Positions 20,103-30,809 of a DNA stretch of 64,000 bases are shown piece after piece; positions within the stretch are counted from its first letter, which is position 1, and each line of letters opens with the position of its first letter. Source of the DNA: Kiritimatiellia bacterium. GTDB lineage: Bacteria > Verrucomicrobiota > Kiritimatiellia > RFP12 > DVOR01. Both the position numbers and the translations under genes were made by a program. The stretch spans positions 1,082-65,081 of the forward strand of contig JAVBLT010000021.1 of the NCBI GenBank assembly GCA_031553315.1, in the 5' to 3' direction. The notes under the pieces are model-generated. The model was given only the letters and a program-made list of their open reading frames with translations. It made no database searches and was not told the DNA's origin.

Positions 20103-20434
20103 GCGGGATCTTGGGGTTGCGCCTCGCACTCGGAGGGTGGCGCGGGGTCGCGGAAATGCACAATGCCTTCTTTCAGCATGAGCGCTCCAAAAACCAGAAA
20201 CACGAGCCCGGCGGCAATCCTGATGTAGGCATCGTTGGGCACAAAACGCTTCAGCACGCACCCGGCGAGCACGCCGAGCGCGGTGGAAAGCACGAGGGCC
20301 AGGCTCGCGGCGAGGAAAACACCCCACCGGCCGCCGGAGGAGGCGGTTTGGGAAATCACGGCAAGCTGGGTTTTATCACCGAGCTCGGCCAGGAAAATCA
20401 TCAGGAACGTACTGCAAAACACACGCCAGTCCAT
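20099..20434 (-). CDS. UPF0016/GDT1 (TMEM165) family membrane protein, single-repeat form
   Basis: 111 aa. The E-x-G-D-K-T signature (AELGDKTQ) and 3 TM helices. Confidence 0.7.
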   Translation of the reverse strand: MDWRVFCSTFLMIFLAELGDKTQLAVISQTASSGGRWGVFLAASLALVLSTALGVLAGCVLKRFVPNDAYIRIAAGLVFLVFGALMLKEGIVHFRDPAPPSECEAQPQDPA

Positions 20435-20457
20435 ATCACTCCGCCTTGAGAAACGGT

Positions 20458-21345
20458 TCAGATTTTTCGCCAGCGGCGATGCATCCAGAGGTATTGCTCG
20501 GGATACTGGCGAATGAGCTTTTCAATGCCGCTCATCATGAGGCGGGTGACCTCGCGGATATCTTCGTCGTGATCATCGGTGGGGGTGTAGCGAACCGCGT
20601 CGCACGCGCAGACCATGCGGTATTTGAAGGTTCCGGTCCGAACAAAGGCTCCGACGATGGCGGGCGCGCCGCTGCGCAGATGAATGCGCGCGGAGGAGGT
20701 GTGCGCCAACACGAGGCGATTGAAAAATGAAACCTTGATTCCCCGTTTGCCGGCGTGCTGATCCATCACAATGGTGAGGGCGGCGTTGGTGTTTTTCCAT
20801 TGCCGGAAAATATCGCCGCTCAGGCCGTTTTCTTTGGAGACGACGGTGATGTCGCCGCGGAAGTGTTTTTTCTGGAGGAATTTGTTCAGGTAGGGGTTGT
20901 TCATCCGGCGGGCGATGGCGATCATCGGGCGAAACTGGGCGATAATCGGCACCGCGACTTCCCAGCTTCCCAAGTGACCGGTCACAATCATGATGGGTTC
21001 TTTTGTTTCCATCAGAAGCTCGCGCAAATCATGATCGGCCTCAATTTCGACCGAATTGGCCCAATGCGAAAAATCGATTCCTTCCTGAAGGCGCAGGGCT
21101 TCGAGGATGTGCCCCAGGAAATGCCCGGTCGAGGCGCGCGCAATCCGGCGGGCTTCTTCAGGGGTGGAGGCGATTCCGGCCTGCAACACATTGTCTTCCG
21201 CGATGGCGGTGCGCCGCTTCGGCAGCAGGGGATAAACCCCCCACGCGAAACCGTAACCGAAACCGTAGGCTTTGCGGGCGGGAACAAGGCGGAAAAGCAC
21301 CCAGACAAAACGAATCAACATGTACTGTAGCCAATACCCTATCAC
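20458..21345 (-). CDS. Lipid A biosynthesis (Kdo2-lipid IVA) acyltransferase, LpxL/HtrB/MsbB family
   Basis: 295 aa. N-terminal TM, HLGSWE-like region, YPEQYLWMHRRWR C-terminus typical of the LpxL family. Confidence 0.75.
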   Translation of the reverse strand: MIGYWLQYMLIRFVWVLFRLVPARKAYGFGYGFAWGVYPLLPKRRTAIAEDNVLQAGIASTPEEARRIARASTGHFLGHILEALRLQEGIDFSHWANSVEIEADHDLRELLMETKEPIMIVTGHLGSWEVAVPIIAQFRPMIAIARRMNNPYLNKFLQKKHFRGDITVVSKENGLSGDIFRQWKNTNAALTIVMDQHAGKRGIKVSFFNRLVLAHTSSARIHLRSGAPAIVGAFVRTGTFKYRMVCACDAVRYTPTDDHDEDIREVTRLMMSGIEKLIRQYPEQYLWMHRRWRKI

Positions 21346-21359
21346 ATCAACTCCTCATT

Positions 21360-24300
21360 TTACAGTGCATCGGACGCTTCGCCCGACATGAGCACGCACC
21401 TGAAAAAGCGGAAGGCGTCGGCCGTTCCGTTTTCGGGGAGCGTGATCTGTTTCAAACCGGAGGCTTCCGCCGGCTCGAGATCTTTAATCTTTGTCCAGTG
21501 TGCATCGGCGAGGGAGGCCCGGCCCAAAAGAACCAGGCGGGCATCGCCCTGCAGCGCCGGAACGGTTTCTCCATTGACCCGCAAGCCGATCTGCGCCAGC
21601 GAACGGCCGTTTTGGACGGTCGGCGCTTCCAGCGCCTCGAAACGCAAGGCCACTTCCGTGAAACGGTCGGCGGCGGCGGAGAGCCAGTATTTTTCCTCGG
21701 GCGACACGCCGTCGGCCTCATACGCGGCCAACACGGCGCCCAGGTTGAAGGCCTGGAGCCATTTCATCTGGGCGGCGTCGTTGAGGTTCACGGCGCCTTT
21801 ACCCGCGAGCAGAGCAGCCTCGGCCTTCGGAACAAAGGTCACGCGGAAGGTCGTCACCGGCTCATCGAGAGTGCCTTCGATGGTGTGCTCCACGGCGGGC
21901 TGGGCGGCGGCCGCGCTGTAAACCCTTTCTTCCGCCACGCGGTAGGGCTCGTTGTTGAGCAGAACCCGGCCGACGGTGTACCACGGCGCGGGCTCGCAGT
22001 TGAGCGTGTAGGCCGAACCCAAAACGGCAGGTGTGTTGAGCGCCACGCCGGTCGTGAGGAAAGACCCCTGGCCCGAATCGGCAAATGCGGAGAGAATGCC
22101 AAGCGCGGCGATGCCGGGCAAAGGCCCTTGCGGATAAACCTGGATATCGGTCGTGGCTCCGGTCCTGTTGTCGACATAGGTGTTGTACGACCCCCAGGTG
22201 GCGTTGCCGGAGCTGTAATACCAGGCGTTGGCGGTGCGGTCGGTCAGGCTGGAACGCTGGAGGGAGCCGATGTTGTTGTTTCGGGCTTCACCGGCAAAGC
22301 AGGATGAGAGCGCGAGCTGGTTCAGCATCGACTTTTCCACGGCAAGGGTTGAGGCGGTCTGGAGCCTGGAGGCGGAGGAGCGGATGATGTAGACTTCATC
22401 TTCCAGCGCGCCGGTATCGCGGTACAGCCGGAGCACGCACACCTCGGCCTCGGCGCCGACAAATCCCCTGGTCAGAGTCTGCGTCAACCCCAGGGGAACG
22501 GCGCCGGGTGTGGCAAGCACATAATACGCCAGGCGCGGGTCGGTTGCCGCGTAGGGGTTGTTCCCCCACGGGGCGGCCGAGAGCGCAAACCCGATGGTGT
22601 TGGTTGCGGGATTGAGGCCGTAGGAATCGTTCACGGTGTGCGATTCGTTTGTGATCGTCCACCCCTTCAGGCTTTTGACGGCGGCGGCGTTGTCATCGAT
22701 CATGGCCAGTTCCACAGCGGAATAGTCGACCGAGTTGACGAGCCAGTGGTAGTTCACCTCGTTGATCCACACCGAGCGCTGGCGCGTGGCGTAGACCCAG
22801 TAATACGGGGTCTTGTCGTGATTGAGACCGGTCGGGCCGGGGCGGAGGTTCAGATCGGCGGCCTGCGCGGGCACATACCAGGAGGGTGAAATGTATTTGG
22901 AGAGGGAGAGCTTCTTCATCGCGCCGCCCAGCCTGTACCAGACGACGTATTTCACCGCGGTACCCGCGGGCTGGGGAGGAATCCACCAGTCGTCAGGCGT
23001 GGTGAAGGTTCCCGGAACAACGGGATCGGCAACCAGCCTGACGGTGTTGGGCAAATTCGGGTTGAGGCCGGCCGTGGGCAGCCAGACATCCATCGCCCAA
23101 TTCGCGCTCACGTTGATATCGGTATACCACCGCTCCACGGCATTGGTCACAGGCGACCAGGTGAGGTAAATTTCAGCGGCAGCCACGACCGGCAGCACGC
23201 GCACCTGCACGCCGACCTTTTCGGTCGCGAGGGGTTGAATGTCGGCAGAGCCCAGGGGCTGATCGGGGGTGAAGATCGAGAGCTGGCGCACCCATTGATC
23301 GGGGTCGTAAGGACCATCGGAGAAGGTGACGACGATCTGGCACCCGTTCGCGACGCCGCCTTCGACGAGAGAGCCGCCGCCGCCGTGCTTGCGAATATAA
23401 TCAACCAGGTGAACGGTAATGTTGGTTCCGGTCGCGCCGTCGTCGGGTTGAAGGAATGAATCGCCGCCGGAAAACGAGCCGTTGCGCACTGAAATGTCCT
23501 GGATGTAATATCCGTCGGCCGGGGCATAGACGAAGGTTGCATCGGCGGGAATCGTGTTGGTGACAACGATCAGCGCCTGATTCAAACCGTTTTGGGTGCC
23601 GCCCAGATCCACGCCGCCAATCAGGTTTTGAATGGTGGAGCGAATGATGGCTTTGTCGAGGCCGTCGTCGGGGAAAGTCTGACCGGGGTTTTGATAACCG
23701 GGCGAGGATCCGCTGACCACGCCGAGGGCGTTGGTTGTGTACGGGCCTTCGAAAAACTGCCATTGATTGGTGGAAGAACCCGTTTCGCCGAATTGCCCCA
23801 CGGAGCCGATTGAGGTCGGGGCGTCGACCTCGCCGGCCCAAACGGGGTGATAGGGGGTTCGATCGATCAGCGGTGAACCGGCCACGGGATCGCCGGCCGA
23901 AACCACCACGCCGCCTTCGGAGATTCCCGATTCAGGGCGGTAGAGAATGACGGACCAGGGGCCGGTTCCAAGAGAATCCTCGGGGAAGGTGCTTTCGGCG
24001 GCGATGCCGCGCCCGGCCAACTGCGGCTTGCCGGCCACAGTGGTCGTGACGTAGAAGAAGGGTCCGCCGCCGTTGGGCGCGGAGGAAACATCGCCTGAGA
24101 GCGGGAAATCAATCTTCGCGCCCGCGGCATTCGTGAGCGCGAGCGTCCAGCCGGCCATTGAATACTCGTGGCCCAGGCGCCCCCTGATGTTGGGGTAGAC
24201 AATTTCAATGAAGCGCGGATAGCTCTTGTCGATCGCGGGGTCGCCCAGGTTCACTTCGTTGATGTAGACCGAATTGAAAGGCGTGCCGTAGATGTAGAAA

Positions 24301-27300
24301 TACGGCACTTTGCTTGCATCGGCCGCCCGGGCATTGATATCTTCCGCCCCTTCATACCACGCAGGCAGGGTGAAACTGTCGAAGGGCTGGCGCACAGAGA
24401 AGTTTTTCCCGGTGACGGGATCCCGGATAATCACCCAGCCGCAATACTCCACGGGCTGCTCGGCGCTAAACGCGCTCTTGGGATCAATGCCCGTGGAAGC
24501 GAGATAGGTACCGCTCTCCTGATCCCACACCAGGCTGCACACGGCGACGGTCTCATTGGTGGACCACGAGGTCGCCACGGCAAGATCATTCGTGATGCGG
24601 AACCAGTCTTTATCGGAACCCCAGTCGGAAAGGCCGGTGAGATCCTCTGCCTGATGATAGCTGACGAAACACCCCAGCACGGTGCCGTTGGGAGTCACCT
24701 CCGGGTAAAGCCCTGAAAGCGCGGCACTGAAGCCCATGCCGTCTCCGATCCAGGGTTGCCGGCTGTTGACGGCCACAAGATTGGTCGTGACCTGTTCCTG
24801 ATAGGGCTCCACGGTCGAGAAAAGGCTGCCGGCGCCAGGGCTGAGTATGATTTTCGCCTCCACCTGGATATCGCTTTCAACATCGGCGATCGTTGCGGTG
24901 AAGGTCTGCATCCCTGCGGCATCGGTTATATAAGTCCACCCCGGCTGCGGCTGGGATTCCTCAGGAACCCGGTAGTAACGGATGTAGTCGATCTCGTGCA
25001 GAATGGCGCTCGAATAGGCAATGCTCACCGAATTGGGATTATCGGGATTGGCGCGCACGGTCAGAATCAGCTCGGGCATATCCAAGCTGTTCTGCAGGCC
25101 CAGGCCGCTGAGGAGCGAGGTGACCCGAAAGGCGAGGCCGCCCGTGTAGGGGTCAATGACCTGGCCTTCGTTGATGTCGCCCGGCGTGGGGCCGATGGTG
25201 CCGTTGTCAAATTCCTCCTGGGTGTTTCCCCAGGTCGTCCAGATGTCGTTCGTGCCGATACCGGTCGAAGAGAGATAGCCGATACGGTCGTCGCTGCCGG
25301 CATAGACCAGGTTCGTCCAGGCGTTGCCGCTGGCCACGGCGATCCGATCCGTATCATCCCGGGCCATGTTTTTGGCTGCGGCGGTATCGTAATCATTCGT
25401 ATAGGTGGAATAGGTGATCCCCTGCTCGTAGGCGCCGTTGTCGCGGTAAAGCTTGAAGCCTCCGGGAGGCGAGGTCGACCAGGAATCGTCGATCACGTAG
25501 TTGATCTTTCCCTCTCTTTTCAACGCCGGGCCGTTGCCCAGCACAAAGAAACCGCGGTTCAGGTCAACGCCGGCTTTCGTGGTGTAGCTGGCAATGAGAT
25601 TTTCGTTGGTGATTGTAAACGACGATGCCCGAAGCGCCTCGTAGCTCGAATCAATCTGATCGAGTTTCCAGCCCTTGAGGCTGATCCCCGCAGGGGCGCA
25701 GAGCTCGACGAACTGCGCGTAACCGGCGCTGCTCTGGCCGTATTCATCCATCAGGTCGAATTCATTGAAAAACACTTCGCCGGGCGGGCAGGAATAGACC
25801 CAGAAATAAGGGGCGGTTCCGAATGCCTTCAATTCCTTGTCGCTGTTGAAATCCCGCGGATAATACCACGGGGGGCGGTGATAGGCGTATGCGTCGAAAT
25901 AAATGCGCTTGTCGACCGGGGCGCCCGCGGAATCGGTATAGGTGGCCCAAACGGAGTATTGAACAATATCGCTGGGCTTCAGATCCCTTGAAAGCGGGCC
26001 GGTGATGCCGGTTTCCGAGTGCCAGATGTAATCCTCGGGGCGGACTCGGGTCAATTCCATCGTGTAAACCGTGAGGCCGCTGGCCGATGCGCTCTCGGGG
26101 GCAGGGTCGAATGTGAGCCATTTTTCGGTTCCCCACTGCGCGGCGACCGTGTTGGCGGGCCAGCTGAGCTGGCCCACGCTGTTGGTCTCGGGCCGGGCAT
26201 AGACGTAGCTGAAGTAAAGCCTGATATTCTTCGGGTTGAGGAGAATGCGATCCAAAGCGGCCGTGACATAAACCGGGCTGCCCTCCAGCGGCTGGGTTCC
26301 GAAGCGATTCTGCTCATTGATCGCCACGGACGGGATTTCGGAGAAGGTCACATCGGAAATGCGGAAGCCCGGGAGGAGGGGATCCGTCACAACAACCTGA
26401 TCAAAATGAACGCGCCCCGCATGCTTCCACTGGTCTTCGGAAACCGTCCAGTCATTGGTGATAATTGTCATCAGCCGAACACCGTAATAACCGGGCTCGT
26501 TGACATCCATCGAGTAGGCCGTGTACACCGTATTGGTGATGAGGAAGCTTTGCGCCGCATCGGCGACCTCATAATCAACCCACACGGCGTCTTCCGCCTG
26601 CGGATTGGGGGTTTTTGTAAGCTGAATGAGCACTTTCGTTCCCAGCGGATTGGGTTCGTCCTGGCGGGCCTGGAAGCTCACCCGGCCCACGCCGTTGGAA
26701 AGCGGAGGCGAAATCAGCGCGGAGGGGGTTCCCTGCAGGTAACCGCCCTCATAGTCAATATCGGCTCCGGTGAGCGAGGTGTTGAGCGTGAGCATCGGCG
26801 AGAAGAAACCATCGTTGAGGCGGTCGCCCCAATAGAGGTGGGTGTTGGGATCGCGCCCCAGTTTCGCATTGGAGGCGGTCCAGGAGTTGGCGGTAACCAT
26901 GGGAGCGTCGGTCACGGAGAAGTTGTCAATCAGCACGCAGGCGTCTTCATTGCCGCTCGAGATTTGCGCCAGGCGGATGTAGCCTGAGTTGCGGTCATCT
27001 TCGGTGGCGCGGATATTCACTGAAATTCCGGTTTGCGAGCGGAAACCGGTCATGAGCTCTGTATAGTCGATCGTGCGCACGGTAATCCAGTCAAGCGTCG
27101 TGCTCTGCGCGGGGTTGATCGCGGAGCTGGAGAAGGCGTATTGGATAACGAATTTAGCCGGTTGGTTCAGCGTGCGGTAATCGTAAGAGACGGTGCCCAG
27201 GCCGTTGGTCAGGAAGGGCGAAATCAAGACTTGAGAGTCTCCGGCGGAGCGCCGGGAATATTCAAACCGCATGACCTGATCGTTGATGTTTGCGGAGCGG

Positions 27301-30300
27301 GCGTCATGCTCAATCCAGGTGCCTTTTGAATAGAAGCCCTCGGTTTGGTAAGGGATCTGCTTGTTGTCGTCGTTTCCGCGCCACGGGGTCATGACGATGT
27401 TGTCCAAGTCGAGGCCGATCGTTTCGGTGTTTTCCACGCGGAAGCGGACGAAGGCATCGCTGCCGCAATGAACGGTGTCGTTGGTGATTGCCCGCGGCGC
27501 AAAGCTGTTGATCGACCAGCGCCAGCTTTCTTTTGTTTCCCAGGTTCCGGTCATGCCGCCTCTGAGCGACTCGACCGGCATGATATCCATGCGCAAGTTG
27601 ACGGTGGGCGCCTTGGCGGTGATTGTCGGGCCGTGGCCGGGTTCGCCTGCGGCGGCGATTGTCCAGCGGCGGGAGGCAAAAGGCCAGCGCGAACCGGATG
27701 AAGAAGGCTTCACAAAATACGACAATTCGCTTTCGAGAAGATTCTCCGAGTTCACATTTCTCGGAATGCAGAAGTTGGTGAATTTAACACCGCAGTTGGA
27801 TGCGTGAACGCCGACAGACCCCGAGAGGTCTGCGGAAAGAGGCATGTCGCAGTTTAAAATAACCTGTTGATCAGAGCTCTTGTATAAGGAATAAACCGTT
27901 TGGAGGCGGGCATTCAGGCGACGCGTCTGGTTCGGAGCGGTTCCGGTCCAAACCGGCGCGAGCGCCATCACATACGAAGTGGAGCTATCGGAAACCAGGC
28001 TCATCTGGCTGGTTTTTGTGGCGCTCACGGCGGTGGGCACACCCTGCGCCCAGCGGTAGAGCGTGGCGCTGAGCATCGGCACGAGCGAACCGTTGGCCGT
28101 GACAACGGCGGTGCGTTGCGTCAGGCGAAACTCGTAAAAGGGGGTGTCGAGATCCTGATACCCGGCAATCAGTGAAACGGTAAACCCGCATTTTGAAGCA
28201 TCCGTCTCTTTGGGGACGTTGACATAGGCGATTGCGCCGCAGTTCGGCTGATCGGTAACGCTATCGCTGTAGGCGGCCAAATAATTGATGTCGTAAGGCA
28301 TGGCCGAAGCGGCCGTGAAGGAAACGCCGCCCAAACCGTTCAATGTGGAGGTCTGGTCGCCGCGGCGCACAGCCGCACCGGCGCCGAACAGGCGGATCAA
28401 TCCATCAAGCGGAACCAGGTCGTTGAGTGGGTTAAGCCCGGTGTTCCGGCCTTGAAGAAAGAGGCCGCGCTCAAGGTTGAAATACTGGGTCTGGTCAAGT
28501 TTGAGATAATCGGCCTGATAATAGCCGGCCGACCACCCGGGGTTCGGCACGCCCCACTGAACGGAGGTGACATTTGTCGTAAAGGTCTTGATATTTAACA
28601 ATTTCGACATGTCAAACGAGTCTTTATCCACATTGGCGCCCGAATCAGGCAGCCAAACGTCGATCACATTGCCGGCCGGATCGTAGCCTGTTTCATGCGT
28701 AAACGAGGTTGTGTGAATGATCTTGTCTTCCACATCTTCCTGATCCGTGAAATTCGTTTTGACCTTGGCTTCCGATTCCCACCCGTTAAAGGTCTGATAC
28801 ACGGAAAATGAAGCCAGATACTCCTTTGTGCGGGTATTGAATTCCACCAAAAGGTAGGTTTTATTTTCAAGCAGGTCGACTTTGATCAACTCTGCCGGGG
28901 CGCTTCCTTCGTGATTGCATACGGCTCCCAATGGGGGAGGAGCAAACCCGGAGTCGCTCGTTCGGCTGAATGAGACGGTTTCGGCGGAAACGGCGACCCC
29001 GTCATAATGGCCGGTCGCCTCAAATGAAAATGCCAGCGTCCGCTTGCCGCCTGCGAGGGCGATGCCGCTGTCGTGACCGGAAAGCGGCACCAGCGCGCGC
29101 CAGAGGTTGTCGCCGACCGGAACCATGGAAAAGCGTTTTGAAGGGTTGCCGGCAACGGGAATGACCACCTCCACCCCCGCATAAGCGGTTTCCACGGGGC
29201 GCAAGTCGAGCGTATAAGGCGTTTTAGCGGCGTTGTCCTGATACATGGCGATCTGAATCACTTCTTTTTGGTCAAGAATTTCGCGGTTGATTGCCAAGGA
29301 GCCCGAAAACGTTCCTTTGTAATAAAACTCATAGTATCCGGGCAGGAGCCCCACAATGCCGGCCCCTTCTTTGAAGTAAAAATCGGTATAGCTGCCCAGC
29401 GCGGCGGGCTTTGATTTCATGGTGACGCTGCTCTGCAAGGAGCGGTTGACCACCGGTTGCAACGGCACATCAACCCAACCGTCATCGAGCGTGGGATTCA
29501 ATTCAGGGTTTTTAACCCGGTAAGAGACTGAAAGCTCCGGATCGGAAATTGGAAACAGCACATCTCCCGTTTCATTGGTATACGTGGCCTTGAGCTGAAC
29601 CTGCTGCACAAAGGATTGCTTGCTGGAGGGATACGCGGGAACAGTCGGCAGATCGCCGGGAAAGCCGTGCGCGGCGGTGGGAAGAATGGAGGCGACCCTC
29701 ACATCGTCCAACGCCACATAATAAGCTGGGGTTCCGCCATTGCCGACTCGAGTCCAGCGGAAGCGAACCGGGCCGAGGATGTTCAAATCCAATGCGGTCG
29801 TATAGCGCAGGCGGTCAGTGGTGAGCGCGGAGGGAATCACTGCTGCGTTGGGAATCACGGGATGAAACTCAATCTCCTGCCAGGCGCCGGGGTCGACTGT
29901 GGCGGGATCCCGGGTGGCATTCTCTCCCGTGACATACGCCAATTTAAGCCCCGGGTTATATTCGCCTGAAATGGTCCGCATGGCGTAAAACGAAACCGAC
30001 GCCACGCCGTATGAATACACGGGCGAGTAGACAAAGGAACAGGGCTGATCGCGAAGTTGCATCGTGGTATTGTTAATCAGCAAGGCGCAAAGATATTCCC
30101 GCCCTTCCGTCGAAACGGTCGATTCGCGTTGTCCCTGAAAAACATTCTGAAGGCGCCAACCGGCAACAAAACCGTCATGGATCGTGCCGACGCCGGTCGG
30201 TTGTTCCGTAGAACCGCTCCCGGTGTGCAAAAAAATGAAGCGGTCGTTGAAATCCTGAAAACGCCAGGGGTCGATAATCGGCGAAATGCGGAGCAACCCG

Positions 30301-30764
30301 TTGACGCCGCTTCCGAAGAAATATTCCCATGTGCCGCTTTGAGGCAAAGGCCCGGTATAAGAACCGGTAAATGTTTTCTGCCAGCTTGCGGGGTACACAT
30401 AATACCTGGCTTGCGTTGTCGTGCCGGCGCCTGCGGCGACCCATGCGCCTGGTTCGGGTCTCAAATTGACTTTGGTCCATGAATTGGCCGAACCGTCATG
30501 CACGCGAAACCACATGGAACGAGGCGTATAGGAAGCATCGGCGCCGGGCTCGTCGGTTCCGTTTTTCGCCGTATCGCGCGGCACGGAAACAACGACGGAA
30601 ACGGTATCCGAAGCTGCGTTCGTGGGAAAGGCCGCTAAAGAAAAGACGGCTGCGAAATGAGCCCCCGACGGAGCCGTGGGATCCAGCTCATAGGCTTGCG
30701 CCGGAGCTCCCAAAAAAACGGCTGTGGAAAAAATCCACAAAAACTGTTTCAATTTTAACGTCAT
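21360..30764 (-). CDS. Giant secreted protein (3134 aa) with three lamin-tail-domain (LTD)-like modules
   Basis: One uninterrupted ORF with ordinary composition and a signal peptide (MTLKLKQFLWIFSTAVFLGAPAQA). Three PY[FY][WY][VI]Y...NE[FV][ND]...[FV][IV]EL...GW modules at about aa 1650, 2150 and 2650. Confidence 0.8.
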   Translation of the reverse strand: MTLKLKQFLWIFSTAVFLGAPAQAYELDPTAPSGAHFAAVFSLAAFPTNAASDTVSVVVSVPRDTAKNGTDEPGADASYTPRSMWFRVHDGSANSWTKVNLRPEPGAWVAAGAGTTTQARYYVYPASWQKTFTGSYTGPLPQSGTWEYFFGSGVNGLLRISPIIDPWRFQDFNDRFIFLHTGSGSTEQPTGVGTIHDGFVAGWRLQNVFQGQRESTVSTEGREYLCALLINNTTMQLRDQPCSFVYSPVYSYGVASVSFYAMRTISGEYNPGLKLAYVTGENATRDPATVDPGAWQEIEFHPVIPNAAVIPSALTTDRLRYTTALDLNILGPVRFRWTRVGNGGTPAYYVALDDVRVASILPTAAHGFPGDLPTVPAYPSSKQSFVQQVQLKATYTNETGDVLFPISDPELSVSYRVKNPELNPTLDDGWVDVPLQPVVNRSLQSSVTMKSKPAALGSYTDFYFKEGAGIVGLLPGYYEFYYKGTFSGSLAINREILDQKEVIQIAMYQDNAAKTPYTLDLRPVETAYAGVEVVIPVAGNPSKRFSMVPVGDNLWRALVPLSGHDSGIALAGGKRTLAFSFEATGHYDGVAVSAETVSFSRTSDSGFAPPPLGAVCNHEGSAPAELIKVDLLENKTYLLVEFNTRTKEYLASFSVYQTFNGWESEAKVKTNFTDQEDVEDKIIHTTSFTHETGYDPAGNVIDVWLPDSGANVDKDSFDMSKLLNIKTFTTNVTSVQWGVPNPGWSAGYYQADYLKLDQTQYFNLERGLFLQGRNTGLNPLNDLVPLDGLIRLFGAGAAVRRGDQTSTLNGLGGVSFTAASAMPYDINYLAAYSDSVTDQPNCGAIAYVNVPKETDASKCGFTVSLIAGYQDLDTPFYEFRLTQRTAVVTANGSLVPMLSATLYRWAQGVPTAVSATKTSQMSLVSDSSTSYVMALAPVWTGTAPNQTRRLNARLQTVYSLYKSSDQQVILNCDMPLSADLSGSVGVHASNCGVKFTNFCIPRNVNSENLLESELSYFVKPSSSGSRWPFASRRWTIAAAGEPGHGPTITAKAPTVNLRMDIMPVESLRGGMTGTWETKESWRWSINSFAPRAITNDTVHCGSDAFVRFRVENTETIGLDLDNIVMTPWRGNDDNKQIPYQTEGFYSKGTWIEHDARSANINDQVMRFEYSRRSAGDSQVLISPFLTNGLGTVSYDYRTLNQPAKFVIQYAFSSSAINPAQSTTLDWITVRTIDYTELMTGFRSQTGISVNIRATEDDRNSGYIRLAQISSGNEDACVLIDNFSVTDAPMVTANSWTASNAKLGRDPNTHLYWGDRLNDGFFSPMLTLNTSLTGADIDYEGGYLQGTPSALISPPLSNGVGRVSFQARQDEPNPLGTKVLIQLTKTPNPQAEDAVWVDYEVADAAQSFLITNTVYTAYSMDVNEPGYYGVRLMTIITNDWTVSEDQWKHAGRVHFDQVVVTDPLLPGFRISDVTFSEIPSVAINEQNRFGTQPLEGSPVYVTAALDRILLNPKNIRLYFSYVYARPETNSVGQLSWPANTVAAQWGTEKWLTFDPAPESASASGLTVYTMELTRVRPEDYIWHSETGITGPLSRDLKPSDIVQYSVWATYTDSAGAPVDKRIYFDAYAYHRPPWYYPRDFNSDKELKAFGTAPYFWVYSCPPGEVFFNEFDLMDEYGQSSAGYAQFVELCAPAGISLKGWKLDQIDSSYEALRASSFTITNENLIASYTTKAGVDLNRGFFVLGNGPALKREGKINYVIDDSWSTSPPGGFKLYRDNGAYEQGITYSTYTNDYDTAAAKNMARDDTDRIAVASGNAWTNLVYAGSDDRIGYLSSTGIGTNDIWTTWGNTQEEFDNGTIGPTPGDINEGQVIDPYTGGLAFRVTSLLSGLGLQNSLDMPELILTVRANPDNPNSVSIAYSSAILHEIDYIRYYRVPEESQPQPGWTYITDAAGMQTFTATIADVESDIQVEAKIILSPGAGSLFSTVEPYQEQVTTNLVAVNSRQPWIGDGMGFSAALSGLYPEVTPNGTVLGCFVSYHQAEDLTGLSDWGSDKDWFRITNDLAVATSWSTNETVAVCSLVWDQESGTYLASTGIDPKSAFSAEQPVEYCGWVIIRDPVTGKNFSVRQPFDSFTLPAWYEGAEDINARAADASKVPYFYIYGTPFNSVYINEVNLGDPAIDKSYPRFIEIVYPNIRGRLGHEYSMAGWTLALTNAAGAKIDFPLSGDVSSAPNGGGPFFYVTTTVAGKPQLAGRGIAAESTFPEDSLGTGPWSVILYRPESGISEGGVVVSAGDPVAGSPLIDRTPYHPVWAGEVDAPTSIGSVGQFGETGSSTNQWQFFEGPYTTNALGVVSGSSPGYQNPGQTFPDDGLDKAIIRSTIQNLIGGVDLGGTQNGLNQALIVVTNTIPADATFVYAPADGYYIQDISVRNGSFSGGDSFLQPDDGATGTNITVHLVDYIRKHGGGGSLVEGGVANGCQIVVTFSDGPYDPDQWVRQLSIFTPDQPLGSADIQPLATEKVGVQVRVLPVVAAAEIYLTWSPVTNAVERWYTDINVSANWAMDVWLPTAGLNPNLPNTVRLVADPVVPGTFTTPDDWWIPPQPAGTAVKYVVWYRLGGAMKKLSLSKYISPSWYVPAQAADLNLRPGPTGLNHDKTPYYWVYATRQRSVWINEVNYHWLVNSVDYSAVELAMIDDNAAAVKSLKGWTITNESHTVNDSYGLNPATNTIGFALSAAPWGNNPYAATDPRLAYYVLATPGAVPLGLTQTLTRGFVGAEAEVCVLRLYRDTGALEDEVYIIRSSASRLQTASTLAVEKSMLNQLALSSCFAGEARNNNIGSLQRSSLTDRTANAWYYSSGNATWGSYNTYVDNRTGATTDIQVYPQGPLPGIAALGILSAFADSGQGSFLTTGVALNTPAVLGSAYTLNCEPAPWYTVGRVLLNNEPYRVAEERVYSAAAAQPAVEHTIEGTLDEPVTTFRVTFVPKAEAALLAGKGAVNLNDAAQMKWLQAFNLGAVLAAYEADGVSPEEKYWLSAAADRFTEVALRFEALEAPTVQNGRSLAQIGLRVNGETVPALQGDARLVLLGRASLADAHWTKIKDLEPAEASGLKQITLPENGTADAFRFFRCVLMSGEASDAL

Positions 30765-30809
30765 TTTTCCCTCGCTTCAAAGCTGTAAAAAAAATCAAAA
30801 ATGCCTGCG

